Origin: Lingula anatina | Taxonomy: Eukaryota; Animalia; Brachiopoda | DNA: 64,000 nucleotides | Assembly: GCA_051362555.1 (NCBI GenBank) | Contig: CM120649.1 | Coordinates: forward strand, 7,564,001 to 7,628,000 | Reading direction: 5' to 3' | Shown here: positions 25,301 through 38,464 of the stretch, piece after piece | How positions within the stretch are numbered: the first letter of the stretch is position 1 | Layout: every line of letters starts with the position of its first letter | The notes under the pieces: generated by a model | What the model was told of the DNA's origin: nothing | Seen by the model: the letters and a program-made list of their open reading frames with translations, nothing else | Database searches by the model: none | Made by a program: the position numbers and the translations under genes

Positions 25301-28300
25301 ACAGTGAAACATAAGGAAGACATTACATTATTCAACTTATTCAACTGCCAAGGTTATTCAATTGAAGAAACTAAATATAACATCTTTGCTCTTGTAGCAG
25401 TTTATTATTGAAGTATGTTTTAAAAAAGTATCCAAATATATTCTTTACAAATCATTATCTAACACCTCAGAAGTTCAGGAGAGCTAAAAAGCCATGAATG
25501 GAAACTTCCACTAACTTCACCCTCAGCAGCATTCCATACCTGAGCTAGTGAATGCATCACTTCTGCCAGAATATCTTTCTCTGGTTCCATCTCCACTGCT
25601 TTCAGCAGCTCCGGGCAGATATACTGCCACATCTCCGCCAAGTACTGGTCTCCTCGGATCCTGGCGCAGTCTAACAGGAACGGCAAACTCTCCGCCGCTG
25701 CTATCCGACAATGTATTGTGCAGTCAGGGATAATACACATACTGGAGCTATTTGGAATTGTTTGTACCTAATGTCAAAGTGTAAGTACTTGGAATTGTTT
25801 GTACCCAGTGACAGTGCATGAACTTTTTCATTCATCCACATACCACCAATAATAACTGTAACAGAGGTTACTTAATCTCAAAAATATTATTGGATCATTA
25901 AGAATGCAGTGGCAGAAGAAGGAAGCACATGAGATAAGAGATGGTTTGAGTTACTGACGAAACTGGTGTAAAAGGATATCATCATGGAAATAAAATTTGA
26001 GCAGGGGCACCATAATTTTCACCACTTGTTCTGTGTATTCAGAGAATCCTTCTTTCAACTCTCTGGCATAGCATACCAACATCTGGCATGCCGTTGCCTT
26101 CTCCTCCAGACCTGCTGTCTTGATACCAAAACTTTGCTGAAATCATATAAAGGATGCTGTCAGTCGTATTGTGTTGTGTACTGAAGGCTGGGCCTGTGTT
26201 GTGAAATGAAGGTCTGTGTTGTGTACTGAAGGCTGGGCCTGTGTTGTGTTATGAAGCTCTGTGTTGTGTACTAAAAGCCGGGCCTGTGTTGTGTACTGAA
26301 TGCTGGGCCTGTGATGTGTACTGAATGCTGGGCCTGTGTTGTGTACTGAGGGCCTTTATTGTGTTCTGAATGCTGGGCATGTGTTGTGTACTGAGGGCCT
26401 TTATTGTGTTCTGAAGGCCTGTGTTGTGTACTGAAGACCTGTGATATGTACTTAAGGCCTGTGATGCATACTGAAGGCTGGGCCTGTGTTGTGTACTCAA
26501 GGCTGGGCCTGTGTTGTGTACTGAAGGCCTGTGCTGTGTACTGAAGGCCTGTGATGCATACTGAAGGCTGGGCCTGTGATGTGTACTGAAGGCTGGGCCT
26601 GTGTTGTGTACTGAGGGCCTTTATTGTGTTCTGAAGGCCTGTGTTGTGTACTGAGGGCCTTTATTGTGTTCTGAAGGCCTGTGTTGTGTACTGAAGACCT
26701 GTGATATGTACTTAAGGCCTGTGATGCATACTGAAGGCTAGGCCTGTGTTGTGTACTCAAGGCTGGGCCTGTGTTGTGTACTCAAGGCTGGGCCTGTGTA
26801 CTGAAGGCCTGTGATGCATACTGAAGGCTGGGCCTGTGTTGTGTACTGAGGGCCTTTATTGTGTTCTGAAGGCCTGTGTTGTGTACTGAGGGCCTTTATT
26901 GTGTTCTGAAGGCCTGTGTTGTGTACTGAGGGCCTTTATTGTGTTCTGAAGGCCTGTGTTGTGTACTGAAGACCTGTGATGTGTACTCAAGGCCTGTGTT
27001 GTGTACTCAAGGCTGGGCCTGTGTTGTGTACTCAAGGTTGGGCCTGTGTTGTGTACTCAAGGCTGGGCCTGTGTTGTGTACTCAAGGCTGGGCCTGTGTT
27101 GTGTACTCAAGGCTGGGCCTGTGTTGTGTACTCAAGGCTGGGCCTGTGTTGTGTACTCAAGGCTGGGCCTGTGTTGTGTACTCAAGGCTGGGCCTGTGTT
27201 GTGTACTGAAGGCTGGGCCTGTGTTGTGTACTCAAGGCCTGTGTTGTGTACTGAAGGCTGGGCCTGTGTTGTGTACTCAAGACCTGTGCTGTGTACTGAC
27301 CTGATCTCCTAGAGTCACAAACTGCCAGTCATTGTCCCCCTCCATTGACTGCATGTCTTGACCTGAAGTTATGGAGTGGAGCATAAGTTATCTCCTCTAC
27401 AGACACTGAATACAACTTATAGCCACATTCATTAGACAAAACTTTCATTATTTTGACTAAATTCCAGCATTGCACCCTGGGTTACATAGGGTGACATGGG
27501 GTTACTTACTATCTACTAGAGCCACTTCAGGCTTGATGCTGGCTGCTTTCAGCACTGGCCCCATCACCATAGGCAAGTATTGTTCAAACTCCTTCCCTAG
27601 GATCTTACACATCCTGGCCCAGGCTGAGATCATGTAGGAGATCTGGAGAAGAAAGTGTTAGGTGAGGTTGTACTGATAAATGTGTCAGTTGTGATTGTGT
27701 TGGAGAAAATGTGTCAGTTGAGATTGTGATGAATGTCTGAGATGTGATCATTATTGTGATCTGAAGTCTCGGCAGGTGTCAAGCAAGAAGTTCTGTTGGA
27801 ATGACAGCAGGAGCATAAACATTGCTATAGGACTGTGTTATAGAAATTACAATGTATTATGCATTATTCATTTTTAAAAACATCCTGGTTTTCCTATGAT
27901 CTTTTACCCATTTAAGTATGTGAACCAGGACAGGTGCCTTAACCTTGACCTTTGACCTCACTGACCTGAGGGTCATCATCTGCTAAGTCTCCTGAGTCTG
28001 TCTGTGTCTTCAATAACAGCTGCATCACATCTCCACAGTCTGGGTAGAACTACAACATACAGAAACATATAAGCTGATCTAGTGCTCAATTTTATCAACA
28101 TGTAAGCCAAGGACTGTTTCTTAGAGAAAATATTATCTCTTTTGGCAGTAATAGAACATAAACACATCAGATACGAAGTGTATATACAGTGTAAGATTGT
28201 AACTGCCTTACTTCAACCCAATGTGACTAAAACTGAAAATAGAACTGTTGATGAAGTAATAGTTATTAGACAATCACTATCAACACATGTCACAATTATG

Positions 28301-31300
28301 AAAACACATGGACACTTTTCCAAAAAAAAATTGTGTAGTTAAAAAAACTGATAATTTATTCAGCCAAAGTAATCAATCTTTAAATAGTTTGCACTGATAT
28401 AACATGAAAACAGGTGAACACTTCATTTACGCCATCAAGATGAAGATTTGATTTTGCTATATATTCTTCTTACAACGACTTCCCCATGCACACACCTTCT
28501 TAATAGTAATACAATGTAAATCATACCTTTTCCTTCCCCACAGCTAAACCAATGAGGCTGATACATTCTATGGTCTTTCCTCTCAGCATCCTCAGTTCTT
28601 CACTGGTGGCATTCTGTACGATGTACTTCAAACATGGCATAAACCTGCAGACACAACCATCAATTTTTGTCTACCAATTCTCTTGTCATAATATCTGCTA
28701 TTTAGAAAACTGTCACAGCTATAATCAGTGAGCAATATCATTTTGCCAATAAGCAACAAGGCTGGTTACCATTAAAACTGTCCTTAATACCAAATTTACG
28801 GATATATTCTATTTTGCTGAAGATTTTATTGTTTTGTATAAAAAAAACAGTTGCATTAATGCTGGCTTCAGTTAACTTTCCAAGCATTCTTCCTAACCCT
28901 AACCTGTCATAGTAGTTGATGAACTTTTCCTCTGCAGTGTCAGCCACTGAGGCCAGTGTTGTGACAACCTGTTCCAGCACCAGCTTCTGACCCTTCTCTA
29001 CCAGCTGAAAATAGAAATCAACCCATCTTAACACAGGTAAATTAGCTATAATACCAACATATACCAACTTCTGACCCTTCTCCACCAGCTGAAAATAGCA
29101 ACCAATATGTCATAACACAGCTCACTGGTCTCAGTCAATTAGCTTTACAATGATTATTTTTATGGTATTTAAAAGGTCACATTACTGACTGCTGGCCAAT
29201 CTGTATGACCAAATGTAAAAACTATACTAATGTGTCATAACTAACGCTTAATTAAAATCTTCACACCAATCTCTGCTTTGTAATATTTTCCATGCTAAAT
29301 CTAGACATGACAAATATCTTAATCTAGTAGACTTACTTTGAAGTAAGCAAATATTAGCATTAATGCACAAAATGTCTAGGTTAAAAACACACACACAACA
29401 TATACCTAGCTGCTCTCAGATATATGTGGACTTACTTCCTTAAACTTGGCATTCAGAACCTGCTCTAACTTTCCCATGATGGTGTCCAGGTATGGCACTA
29501 AAATACCCTTGGGGCAGTCTTCACTAAAATTCACCAGGGCGGCGCCAGCGTGTGCCTGTACGCGAGGGTGTGCTGTGTCATCCAACACCATCAATATACC
29601 AGGTATTACCTGAAGTAAGACGTGGACCACATATCTCAGAAATGCAAAACACTTTATGGCAGCAAGTTGCAGGCTTTTCAACAGACATTTTTTGCTTATT
29701 CATTTATCTATTAGCGTCTTTCCCATATGGTCCTCTTACTAACATAGTGAAGGTCTCGCTACAGCTTTTCTTGAATGCTGCCACCTGGTAATGAAAATTT
29801 GAAACTCACCTTAGCATGGAATTTCTTCTGGAACATGGGGCCAAAATCAGTGGACAGCTGACCCAGGGCATTGCAGGCCGCGTACCTGACCCGGGGGTGC
29901 TGGAACAGAATACCAACATGATATTAACTCTACAAATCATGTGAAGAGTGCTTGCTTATAATTTACAGCAAGAGCTATCACACAAACTCTGTTATTACAC
30001 CAGAACTGATGAAAACTGTAAAGAAATCACTACTGTGGATTATTGCAAACATGGAGAAATTGAGCTGCCTTGCAGAGACTTGTGCTATCAAAGTTTTTTT
30101 TTTTTCATTTGTAAAATGGAGCCAATGGCTGAGCCATTGTAGCAAATCAAGGTGATGTAGCAGGAGAGTCCTATTAACATATCTATGTTATCAAGGTGTA
30201 AAATATCTTAATGTTTCCAATCATGCCAGTATTGCCTACTTAAAATGTTGACACCCAATCTCGTACCTGGTCATGTGTGTATGGCAGAACAGCCTCTAGG
30301 ATATTCGGCAGCATTTGCTCCATCTGTTTATGACAACCTTCCCCACAGGCCGAAATAGCCATCAGTGCTGCGTGACGGTAACGCCAGTCAGCTAGAAGAT
30401 ATCGAACACAGTGTTATACTAAAACATTATGGTATTCAGGTAGAGATACCTCAGGACTCATTCTCAAAGAAACTATCAGTTACATATATTGATCCAACTC
30501 TGCGGGGACTCATGCTGTATGCAATCAGATAAACATATTAACATGCCTCCTCCTGGCGTTGAGTAGAATTCCCTGGTGATTATAAACAAGAGGAGGCATG
30601 TTAATCTGTTAACATGATTGCATATAGTGAGTCCCCTGAAGTTGGACCCATCAAGATAGTTCAATGGGAATGCACCCTTTCACAAAATATGGCAGCTGAC
30701 TAATTTGAAACAATCATTCCAATTACAACCTTCTATAATGTCATCATTAACAACAGAATGTATGTGTTAATGCTGTAACTTACGACTGCTCAACATTTGT
30801 GGTACATTGGCTATGATGTGTGGCAGCATGGTCTTTCCTCCCAGCCCACATGCCAGCCTGTCCAGAGCACTCTCCCCAGCTATGGCATTACTGGAGTAGA
30901 ACAAGTCATTATTACTTCATGAGCTACATTATAAGATTACAATAATCAAAGGTATGAGAAATTTATATTTGTTGTGGCTGTGGGTCATATTTACCAATCT
31001 GCTAGGTATAATAATGTTAGCTGTGAAAGTACAGTGTGTTAGTTGTGACAGTGCACTGTGTCAGTTGTGACAGAAAGGTGTGTTAGCTGAAACAGTACAG
31101 TGTGTTGGCTGTGACAATACGGTATGTTGGCTGTGATGGTGTGTTGGCATATCATCTGTTACCTATCATTATCATCCTCTTCCACCTCATCTGACGTGGC
31201 CCAATCTTCTTCTTCCTCCAGGTCCACCATCATAGCCAGCACCTGAGGCACTGGAAGAACCACAGCTTACTCTTAATATCTGCTACTTGATTAAACAAGA

Positions 31301-33972
31301 CTTTTTATTGCTAATTTCAGTAGCAGGAGTCTTTTAACCATCTGAGCTTTAAAAAGTGAGAAATCGGTGTTTCATGTCAAAAAAGTTGCTTGAATTAAAA
31401 AATTCAAGCAACTTTTAACCATAAAAATAAAGCACAACTATCTGTACAATCCTTTCATTTACAAAACTTTCTGTTGTATAACTCACCTAACAAAGGAATA
31501 AACTTCTCATATTTCCGGACCATGGCGGGGGCTGTCTCTGACAGAGTTACAATGACCTCTAGTGCCAGCTGTCTCCAGTTGTCCTCCATGTTAGCATCAG
31601 ATATCACCTGATAGACACAGAACAACCTAAGGTCAAAGGCAACCTCACAAACATGGAAAGTTTGGTCCACCAACTATGAACTTCCATAACACAAACAGTG
31701 ATTTCCCGTCGGAATTCAATGCTAAGAAAACATGAAGCTATTGTAAGCCCTCAGGTTCACATGACCAAGATTCATAGGAGATGGATCAAAGCATAATCTA
31801 ATAAAGAATGATTCTATTTCATCATCCTATTTAGAGACCTTTTTCATAGTATACTTGTGCTCCATTCTGTCAGACATAAAATAACAAACATGAAGCAATA
31901 AAACAATTATTTTACATGTGACATAAAGCACTATAACACCAGTGCCATAACCCACTCACCTTAAGACACAATCCAAACAAGGTCTCCAGCTGACTGCGCA
32001 GGTATTTTGGTGTGTTCTCTGCCAGGTCTATTAAACACTTCAGAATGCTGTCATCTGTGCCTTGTTGTATGCTCTGGGTCACTCCCTGGAACACACAATG
32101 TGGGAGTTTTCAATGATATTGTGTTTGCTGCGAGTGTGTTAGGTGTGACAGTGTGTTAAATGTGACAACAGTGCAGAGATTTTGTTGGTTGAGAATGAAA
32201 GCAGATATTGTGTTAGCTGTGATATTGTTATACGTGACAGTGTGTTAGGTGTGACAGTGTGTCAGCTATGACAGTGTGAAAGGCCCCATTGTGTGTTAGC
32301 TGGGACAGCGTGTTTAATGCGAGATTGTGTAGACTGAGGATGAAAGCAGAGATTGTGTTAGTTGAGATTGAGAGCAGTGATTGTATTGGTTGAGGTTGTG
32401 TTAAATAAGACTTATGACATACCTCCACAATTCCAGGCAACAGATCACGGAAATGAGATAACAAGTGATCTTCCTTCTCATTGGACATCAAAAATGAGGT
32501 TGCTGCACGGATAGCTTCATACCTTACCTGAAACAGTTGCCACACTGGATGTTAAATCATTTTTTTTAAATATTTATAGAAATGGATAAGTCAAGAACAC
32601 AGAGACAATATACGTCAGATGGCTGTATATACTTGCATCTTAACTGCCCTGATCATGTATACACTTACCCCTTGACTGCCCTGACGATGTATACACTTAC
32701 CTCCTGACTGCCCTGACCATGTATACACTTACCCCTAGATTGCCCTGACCATGTATACACTTTCCCCTTGACTGCCCTGACCATGTATACACTTACTTCC
32801 TGACTGCCCTGATCATGTATACACTTACCTCCTGACTGCCCTGATCATGTATACACTTACCTCCTGACTGCCCTGACCATGTATACACTTACCTCCCGAC
32901 TGCCCTGATCATGTATACACCTACCTCCTGACTGCCCTTACCATGTATACACTTACCTCCCGACTGCCCTGATCATGTATACACTGGTGCAACATCTGCT
33001 TGATGACATCTATGTAGTGTGATTGCTGGTTGCCAAATATGCCAGGCACAGCGCTGAAATCAATAAAAGATTTTTTGTAAGTCGTTAATGAGAGAGTCTC
33101 TTTTTAGACCTGGGTTAGAGAAGTTGGTACAGTCAAACATAAACTTACCAGAAAATATGAAGTGCACCCTCTTTAAGTCCAGGGTCGGGAGAGCTGGCAC
33201 AGTCAAACATGAACTTGAGGACTTCCGGCCACTGGTTGTTACCCTCTTCATCTGAAAAAAAGTTTTAAGTTTCCAGTAATAAAATATGGTATCAGTTTTT
33301 TCAGAGCGCATATAAACTGAGACATGGAAAACCCCTTTAAAAAGTTATTTCTTTAACCATCCGGCATATGTCTGGCATGTCTTGTTGTTCCATCATGTCA
33401 CAATGTAAAGAGCTGTGACAGAAGCCTTGGGCCCCGTATCTCGAAAGTTTCACTGTGTTGCACACGTGCGCAAGCGTCTCCATTCCATAACTCGCCCATA
33501 CTCGTCCCATATAATACATTGTAGCCTCTATTTGATATAGCGATTCGCAAATATGCAATGCTTTCTAGATAGGGGACCCTGGTCAGACCTACCTATTAGA
33601 CATCTAGAAAACTCTGCCACCGCATCACAGATTTTCTTACGGACTGGCTGCATGGACTCGCCTTGAATAGCCAACAGGAGCTGTTCTTTCATTACACCTC
33701 GAATGTCCTCCGGTAATGCAGGCCACCAATCTTCAAATGATGTTGTGAACAGACGACGTAGCAGCACTGCCGCCATAGTGCGCACCTGGAACAGATTGAT
33801 ACATGCAGCGCTTGTGACAACACAGCACAGGAACATCTAAATGTCTTCTGATAAGCCTACACATCTACCTCACTTGACAAGCACTGGTAGCTTATTATCT
33901 CGACTTTCTCAAGCACTCCTACCATACATACCCCCTCAATATTCGTTTTCCTCCCAACATCACACACCTCAC

Positions 33973-34016
<44 letters not shown>

Positions 34017-35216
34017 CATACCTCGACACCTGTATTTCCATTCTTTACTGTTGTCAACAACAGAGGCAGTTTACTCTGTATGGTGATTGCTTCATAGGCT
34101 TCCTGGAAAAGAGAAACAATAAAACATCTTAAATACCGGACAGAGTATGGAAAATATCTCTCACCTCCACCACACACAAAATACCTGACTATTTTTTAAG
34201 TCTTCTCTCACAATAAGCAACAAGATATGCTAATTTATACAAAGTATATACATAATTTACACAGGGATATAAATGGGTCCCGAAAAATAACCAAAAATCA
34301 AGACATCCCAAAATACCCACAATCAGTTCCTTAGAAAAGAAACGCCCGACTTTCAAATATGCTTCTTTCTTATTTTTGCACCTGGGCCTGTTTTATTATA
34401 TTTGAGGACCTTGGTAGATATCATGAGTGACAGTCAAATCAACATACAACATATAAGCAAGGAACAGAAGGAGCTAGAAATCAAACCCAAAAACACCACA
34501 ATACTAGAATATCAATATCCTGTTTCAGATAAATAATGCCATTAAAACATGTTTAATGGATAATATAACAGAGCAGACAACTACATCTCCCCTTCCAAAA
34601 AGCAGAAAAAAACTTTAAAATTTTCGCCAGTCAAGACCAAGCTGTATTTGGAGCAGGTATACTTGGGTATAATAATTATACACAAATATGGCAGTGTGTG
34701 GCTGGTATTAAAACTACACAGCTCTCCAACAGGCATCCCACAACCCGTGAGCTGAGTCAGCTGACTCACATATTTCTTTTAGCTCGCCCTGCTCTCTAGC
34801 TGTGGATCTTCACAGCGGGTAAACCACAATACAGGGTGAAAGATATCGGAAATATTTGAGAAAACTCTGACCATTACGGTATTTATTTACGGTATTGTAT
34901 AACTTATACCACGTACAGAACATGGTTAGAAGGACATCCTTCACAAAATCCAACTACGACACTACGTTTCACTTCAACGCACCATATCTACATAGAACAG
35001 CCCACACACACACACACACGTGTGAGCGTGGGAGACTGCCTTCCACACGAGACTTCATTTGCTGCCTTCAGAGACCTACAAGTGCTTTTAACTCACACGA
35101 CTGATAGTTCAAGTAACATACATGATAAAACTCACCTCTGCTTGCGATCGTGTTTTATTTTCTGTACTAAGTAGGCTCTGCAGCAAAGCCTCAAACTGCT
35201 GCTGGTCGGCCGCCAT
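22332..35216 (-). CDS. IPO5: Importin-5 (karyopherin beta-3/RanBP5), ~27 coding exons
   Basis: Start [20 protein letters not shown] (ATG 35214-35216). Exons encode [105 protein letters not shown]. Last exon ends ...[13 protein letters not shown] (TAG 22332-22334). The splice junctions I checked are phase-consistent. Confidence 0.95.
24593..24748. mobile_element. hAT-like MITE (156 bp) in an IPO5 intron
   Basis: TIR CAGTGTT...AACACTG; perfect 8-bp TSD CATACATG at 24585-24592 and 24749-24756. Confidence 0.85.
25713..25979 (-). other. U12-type (minor spliceosome) AT-AC intron in IPO5
   Basis: 5' splice site G|ATATCCTTTT; branch-like TATCCCTGAC ending ~10 nt before ...CAATAC|. Splicing yields in-frame [16 protein letters not shown]. 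Confidence 0.9.
26170..27300. repeat. 20/25-bp minisatellite filling an IPO5 intron
   Basis: Roughly 50 units of GTGTTGTGTACT(G/C)AAGG(CTGGG)CCT, running up to the exon donor at 27300. Confidence 0.95.
32640..32985. repeat. 32-bp minisatellite made of the IPO5 exon-5 end plus its 5' splice site
   Basis: About 10 copies of ATGTATACACTTACCTCCTGACTGCCCTGA(T/C)C, which on - reads CAGGGCAGTCAGGAG|GTAAGTGTATACAT. Confidence 0.9.
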
Positions 35217-35952
35217 TTTAATCTTGATAGAGAGATATTTCACCTCTGACCTTTCACTTCCCGCGATTTTTTCGTTTCCGGGTTTACGCCAAGACAAGCC
35301 ACATTTGGTAGTATTTCTGTGTGAATGACAACAAAATATGTTTATATTTTATGATAAATTATTTTGCTGTGACTTTTCATTTAATTCATTTGCCCAATCT
35401 GTATTATGTTCATATATTTTTCATTGTTACTGTCACTCTAAAAAACTCTGATCATTGTGTTTGTCTAACGTCTATGTCGTCTATGTCAGCGCTATCATAG
35501 CGTCAATGTCAGCGCTCGGGGATTTTGTTTGGTTAAAACGCCAAGTTACAAAATCAGCTCAATCCGACAGTACCTAGTATTTACGACGTATGCGTACAGT
35601 TATTGCATTTTTATTTCTCATATGAAAGCCGGAATAAAAACTAGCTGATACTCTGTGGGAAAATATTGAGGGAAGAAGAGGTAGAGGAAGAAAAAGAACG
35701 TCATACATTGACCTGGCAACAAATGAACAACTGTAGAATAACGAGCTCATCCAATCGACTGAAAATAAGAGTTAACTGGAGTACCCTGATACCTGCACCA
35801 GGCCTGACACATGATGATAATGATAATTTTGCGACGAGTATTTTTTTTTCATGAAAATGTTCTCGGAGGCTTTGGTAAAAAAAAAATACTAATAATAATA
35901 AAACGCATATTTGTCTGGAACCCACTATGATATATCAAGGAAAAATGTTCGT

Positions 35953-36077
<125 letters not shown>

Positions 36078-36901
36078 ACCGATATTTGACAAACTGAAGC
36101 TTTCTTTAAATTTAAACTAGCTAAGCTTTGATTGATGAACAGGCAGATGGAGTTCGAAATTCAGCACGACATAGGCCTAATTTTTTAAATATTTTTTATT
36201 ATTATTCATTTTCGCTGCTCTCGCCCCATAACAGCCAAACAGTAAAATAATTTTACTTTACACTTACAAGGCGGCCTCGTTTGGCATTAAATACAGAGTG
36301 CAGAGTTTGAAAATCTGTAATGTACAGGAACGTATAATATTATAACCCCGGGACCAATCTGTGCCCCATCGATGGCAACCATACCCCTGCAGTTAGTTCA
36401 GAAACACGCCACTTTTTTCATGGCCCACATCCACCTAATGCTGCAAAGATATAGGGAATCAATACACCGTCAATACAAATACATGAAATCATAAAATTCT
36501 CTCCGACCCTCAGCCAGTTGCCGATATATGGGGAATCAATACTGAACACAATCAGGTACCTTCTGTGTGGACGCACGGCTGTTGCTTTTAGTTATCACAG
36601 CCCTCCACTGAAGACACCGGCCAGCAGACGGCTCCCTGCTGTATCCTATTAGCTGGATCTAACACACAGGTACCCGTAGGATAGACGGAGACTTCTGAAA
36701 TAATACTCAATTCAATGGCATTACCTTGTTAACGAAATAGGCACGTGCTTTTTAGGAAGGTATCCCAAACGACGAAGTCCAGCACGAAACCATGTTCGTA
36801 TTTTAATTTTTTTATGATGGCTTACCATTAAAGGGTCCTTAATTTCAACATCCAAACCAACTTTTGGCCCATTATTAAAAAATTACTGACTCTTCCTTGC
36901 C

Positions 36902-38464
36902 ATGGACACAAGTGAGAAGACCCGAGAGGGCTTGGTTGCTGCCATTGCAGAAAATGACTTGGCGCAGGCAGAGTTTCTCCTGGCGGCGCAAGCTGAGGAA
37001 AACGCCGAGGATTGGGACGCCTCCACTGTCGTCTGCAAACCCACAAGACACGGCCAGGTGGCATTGCTGGAGGCCGTCAGATCAGGTCTCAAGGAATTCA
37101 TAGAATTATTCCTAACGTACTGCATAGACGTTAACTGCCAGGACAGCAAAGAGACATGCCCCCCTCTCCTGGTAGCTGCCAGTATGGGGGAGACAGACAT
37201 GGCGGCTATGCTGGTCCAAGGCGGGGCAGACGTTGATATGGCAGGCCCTGACAACACCACTGCACTCATGCTGGCTGCAGACAACGACCGCAGAGACACA
37301 GTGAGACTGCTGCTGCAGCACGGAGCTTCCGTGGACAGACAGGACAAATATGGCGGCAGTGCGCTGTTCCTGGCGTCACAGGGCGGTCACACAGAGATCG
37401 TGGAGGAGTTGATCCGTGCAGGTGCTAACGTTGACATGGTCACCAGTGACGGCGTCAGCAGCCTGTTCGCGGCGTCATCAGGCGGTCACCATGGCGTCGT
37501 CTGTACACTGTTATCGGCGGGCGCGGACGTCCATCTTATGAGTCCGGAGGGATTCTCTGCCCTGTGGTTGGCGTCCCAGAATGGACACGACAGAGTGGTA
37601 AAGCGGCTGCTGAACGCTGGAGCGGACGTAAACAACACCGACAGAGCCGGCTGGAGTTGTCTGCTCAAAGCGTGCTACAAGGGGCACAGAGCTGTGGTGC
37701 GTGCCCTGTTGAAAGCCAAGGCAGCAGTTAACAGCCAAGAGGACGCCATGGGTTGGGCACCTCTACACGCGGCGGCGCAGATCGGGGCCAGGGACATCGT
37801 GTCCGATCTTCTTTTGGCCGCAGCCGACGCCGAGATACGTTCGAAAGACGGCTGGACGCCACTTCACTGCGCTTCAACATTTGGCCAGACTGACGTCATC
37901 AAACTGCTCCTGGAGTATGGTGCTGACACAACCGCTCAAGATGCTTCCTTGAAAACGCCGGAGTATCTAGCGCAGGTGTGCGAACAGGAGAACGCTGTGG
38001 TCCTCCTTACAAAAGGCCTAAACATGGTGCGGGTCGACCACTACGAGGCGGCTCTGTTGCGTCTCTTCAATGAAGTTGCCGGAGACATGGCGGAGGACTG
38101 GATCTTTTTGGCCCGAGAGCTTAAATTTGTAAAGCCTAAGCTTATGGAGAAGAAAATTAAAGATATCCTCCAAGAATTCCCCCGGAGTAAAAAGGAGCAA
38201 GCATTCCAAAGCCTGCTGCAGTGGAAGCTGTATCACGGCAAGGACGCCACAGCATGGGCTCTGGCGCGTTGCTTACATAGATGTCGCCACAAGTATGTTG
38301 CTGAAAAGGTAGAACAGTTAGCCAGAAATATGTTTATATGGAACAAAACAGGCCCACTTTGTTACGTGTGCCATACCTCTTACGTCATCAACCGGAGAGA
38401 GTGTCGTCATAAGTTGGACATGTATAGTTCTCGACAGGTAGACCATTTATCTAATGCGCCGTAG
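36902..38464 (+). CDS. Intronless ankyrin-repeat (~9-10) plus C-terminal death-domain protein, 520 aa
   Basis: Repeated ~33-aa ankyrin units (G.SALFLASQGGH.EIVE.L...GANVD; GWTPLHCA...G..DVIKLLLEYGAD). Death-fold signature VAGDMAEDWIFLARELKF...EQAFQSLLQW...ATAWALARCL. GCCATGG Kozak context. Confidence 0.85.
   Translation: MDTSEKTREGLVAAIAENDLAQAEFLLAAQAEENAEDWDASTVVCKPTRHGQVALLEAVRSGLKEFIELFLTYCIDVNCQDSKETCPPLLVAASMGETDMAAMLVQGGADVDMAGPDNTTALMLAADNDRRDTVRLLLQHGASVDRQDKYGGSALFLASQGGHTEIVEELIRAGANVDMVTSDGVSSLFAASSGGHHGVVCTLLSAGADVHLMSPEGFSALWLASQNGHDRVVKRLLNAGADVNNTDRAGWSCLLKACYKGHRAVVRALLKAKAAVNSQEDAMGWAPLHAAAQIGARDIVSDLLLAAADAEIRSKDGWTPLHCASTFGQTDVIKLLLEYGADTTAQDASLKTPEYLAQVCEQENAVVLLTKGLNMVRVDHYEAALLRLFNEVAGDMAEDWIFLARELKFVKPKLMEKKIKDILQEFPRSKKEQAFQSLLQWKLYHGKDATAWALARCLHRCRHKYVAEKVEQLARNMFIWNKTGPLCYVCHTSYVINRRECRHKLDMYSSRQVDHLSNAP

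Noticed and set aside
26170-27312. Cys-rich repetitive ORFs and a CRISPR-like look
   Set aside because: It is an intronic minisatellite with no unique spacers and no cas genes, in a eukaryotic context.
32520-32535. IPO5 exon beginning CAG|GTAAGG, resembling a recursive splice site
   Set aside because: The flanking introns are short and the sequence simply encodes Val-Arg. There is no support without nascent RNA data.
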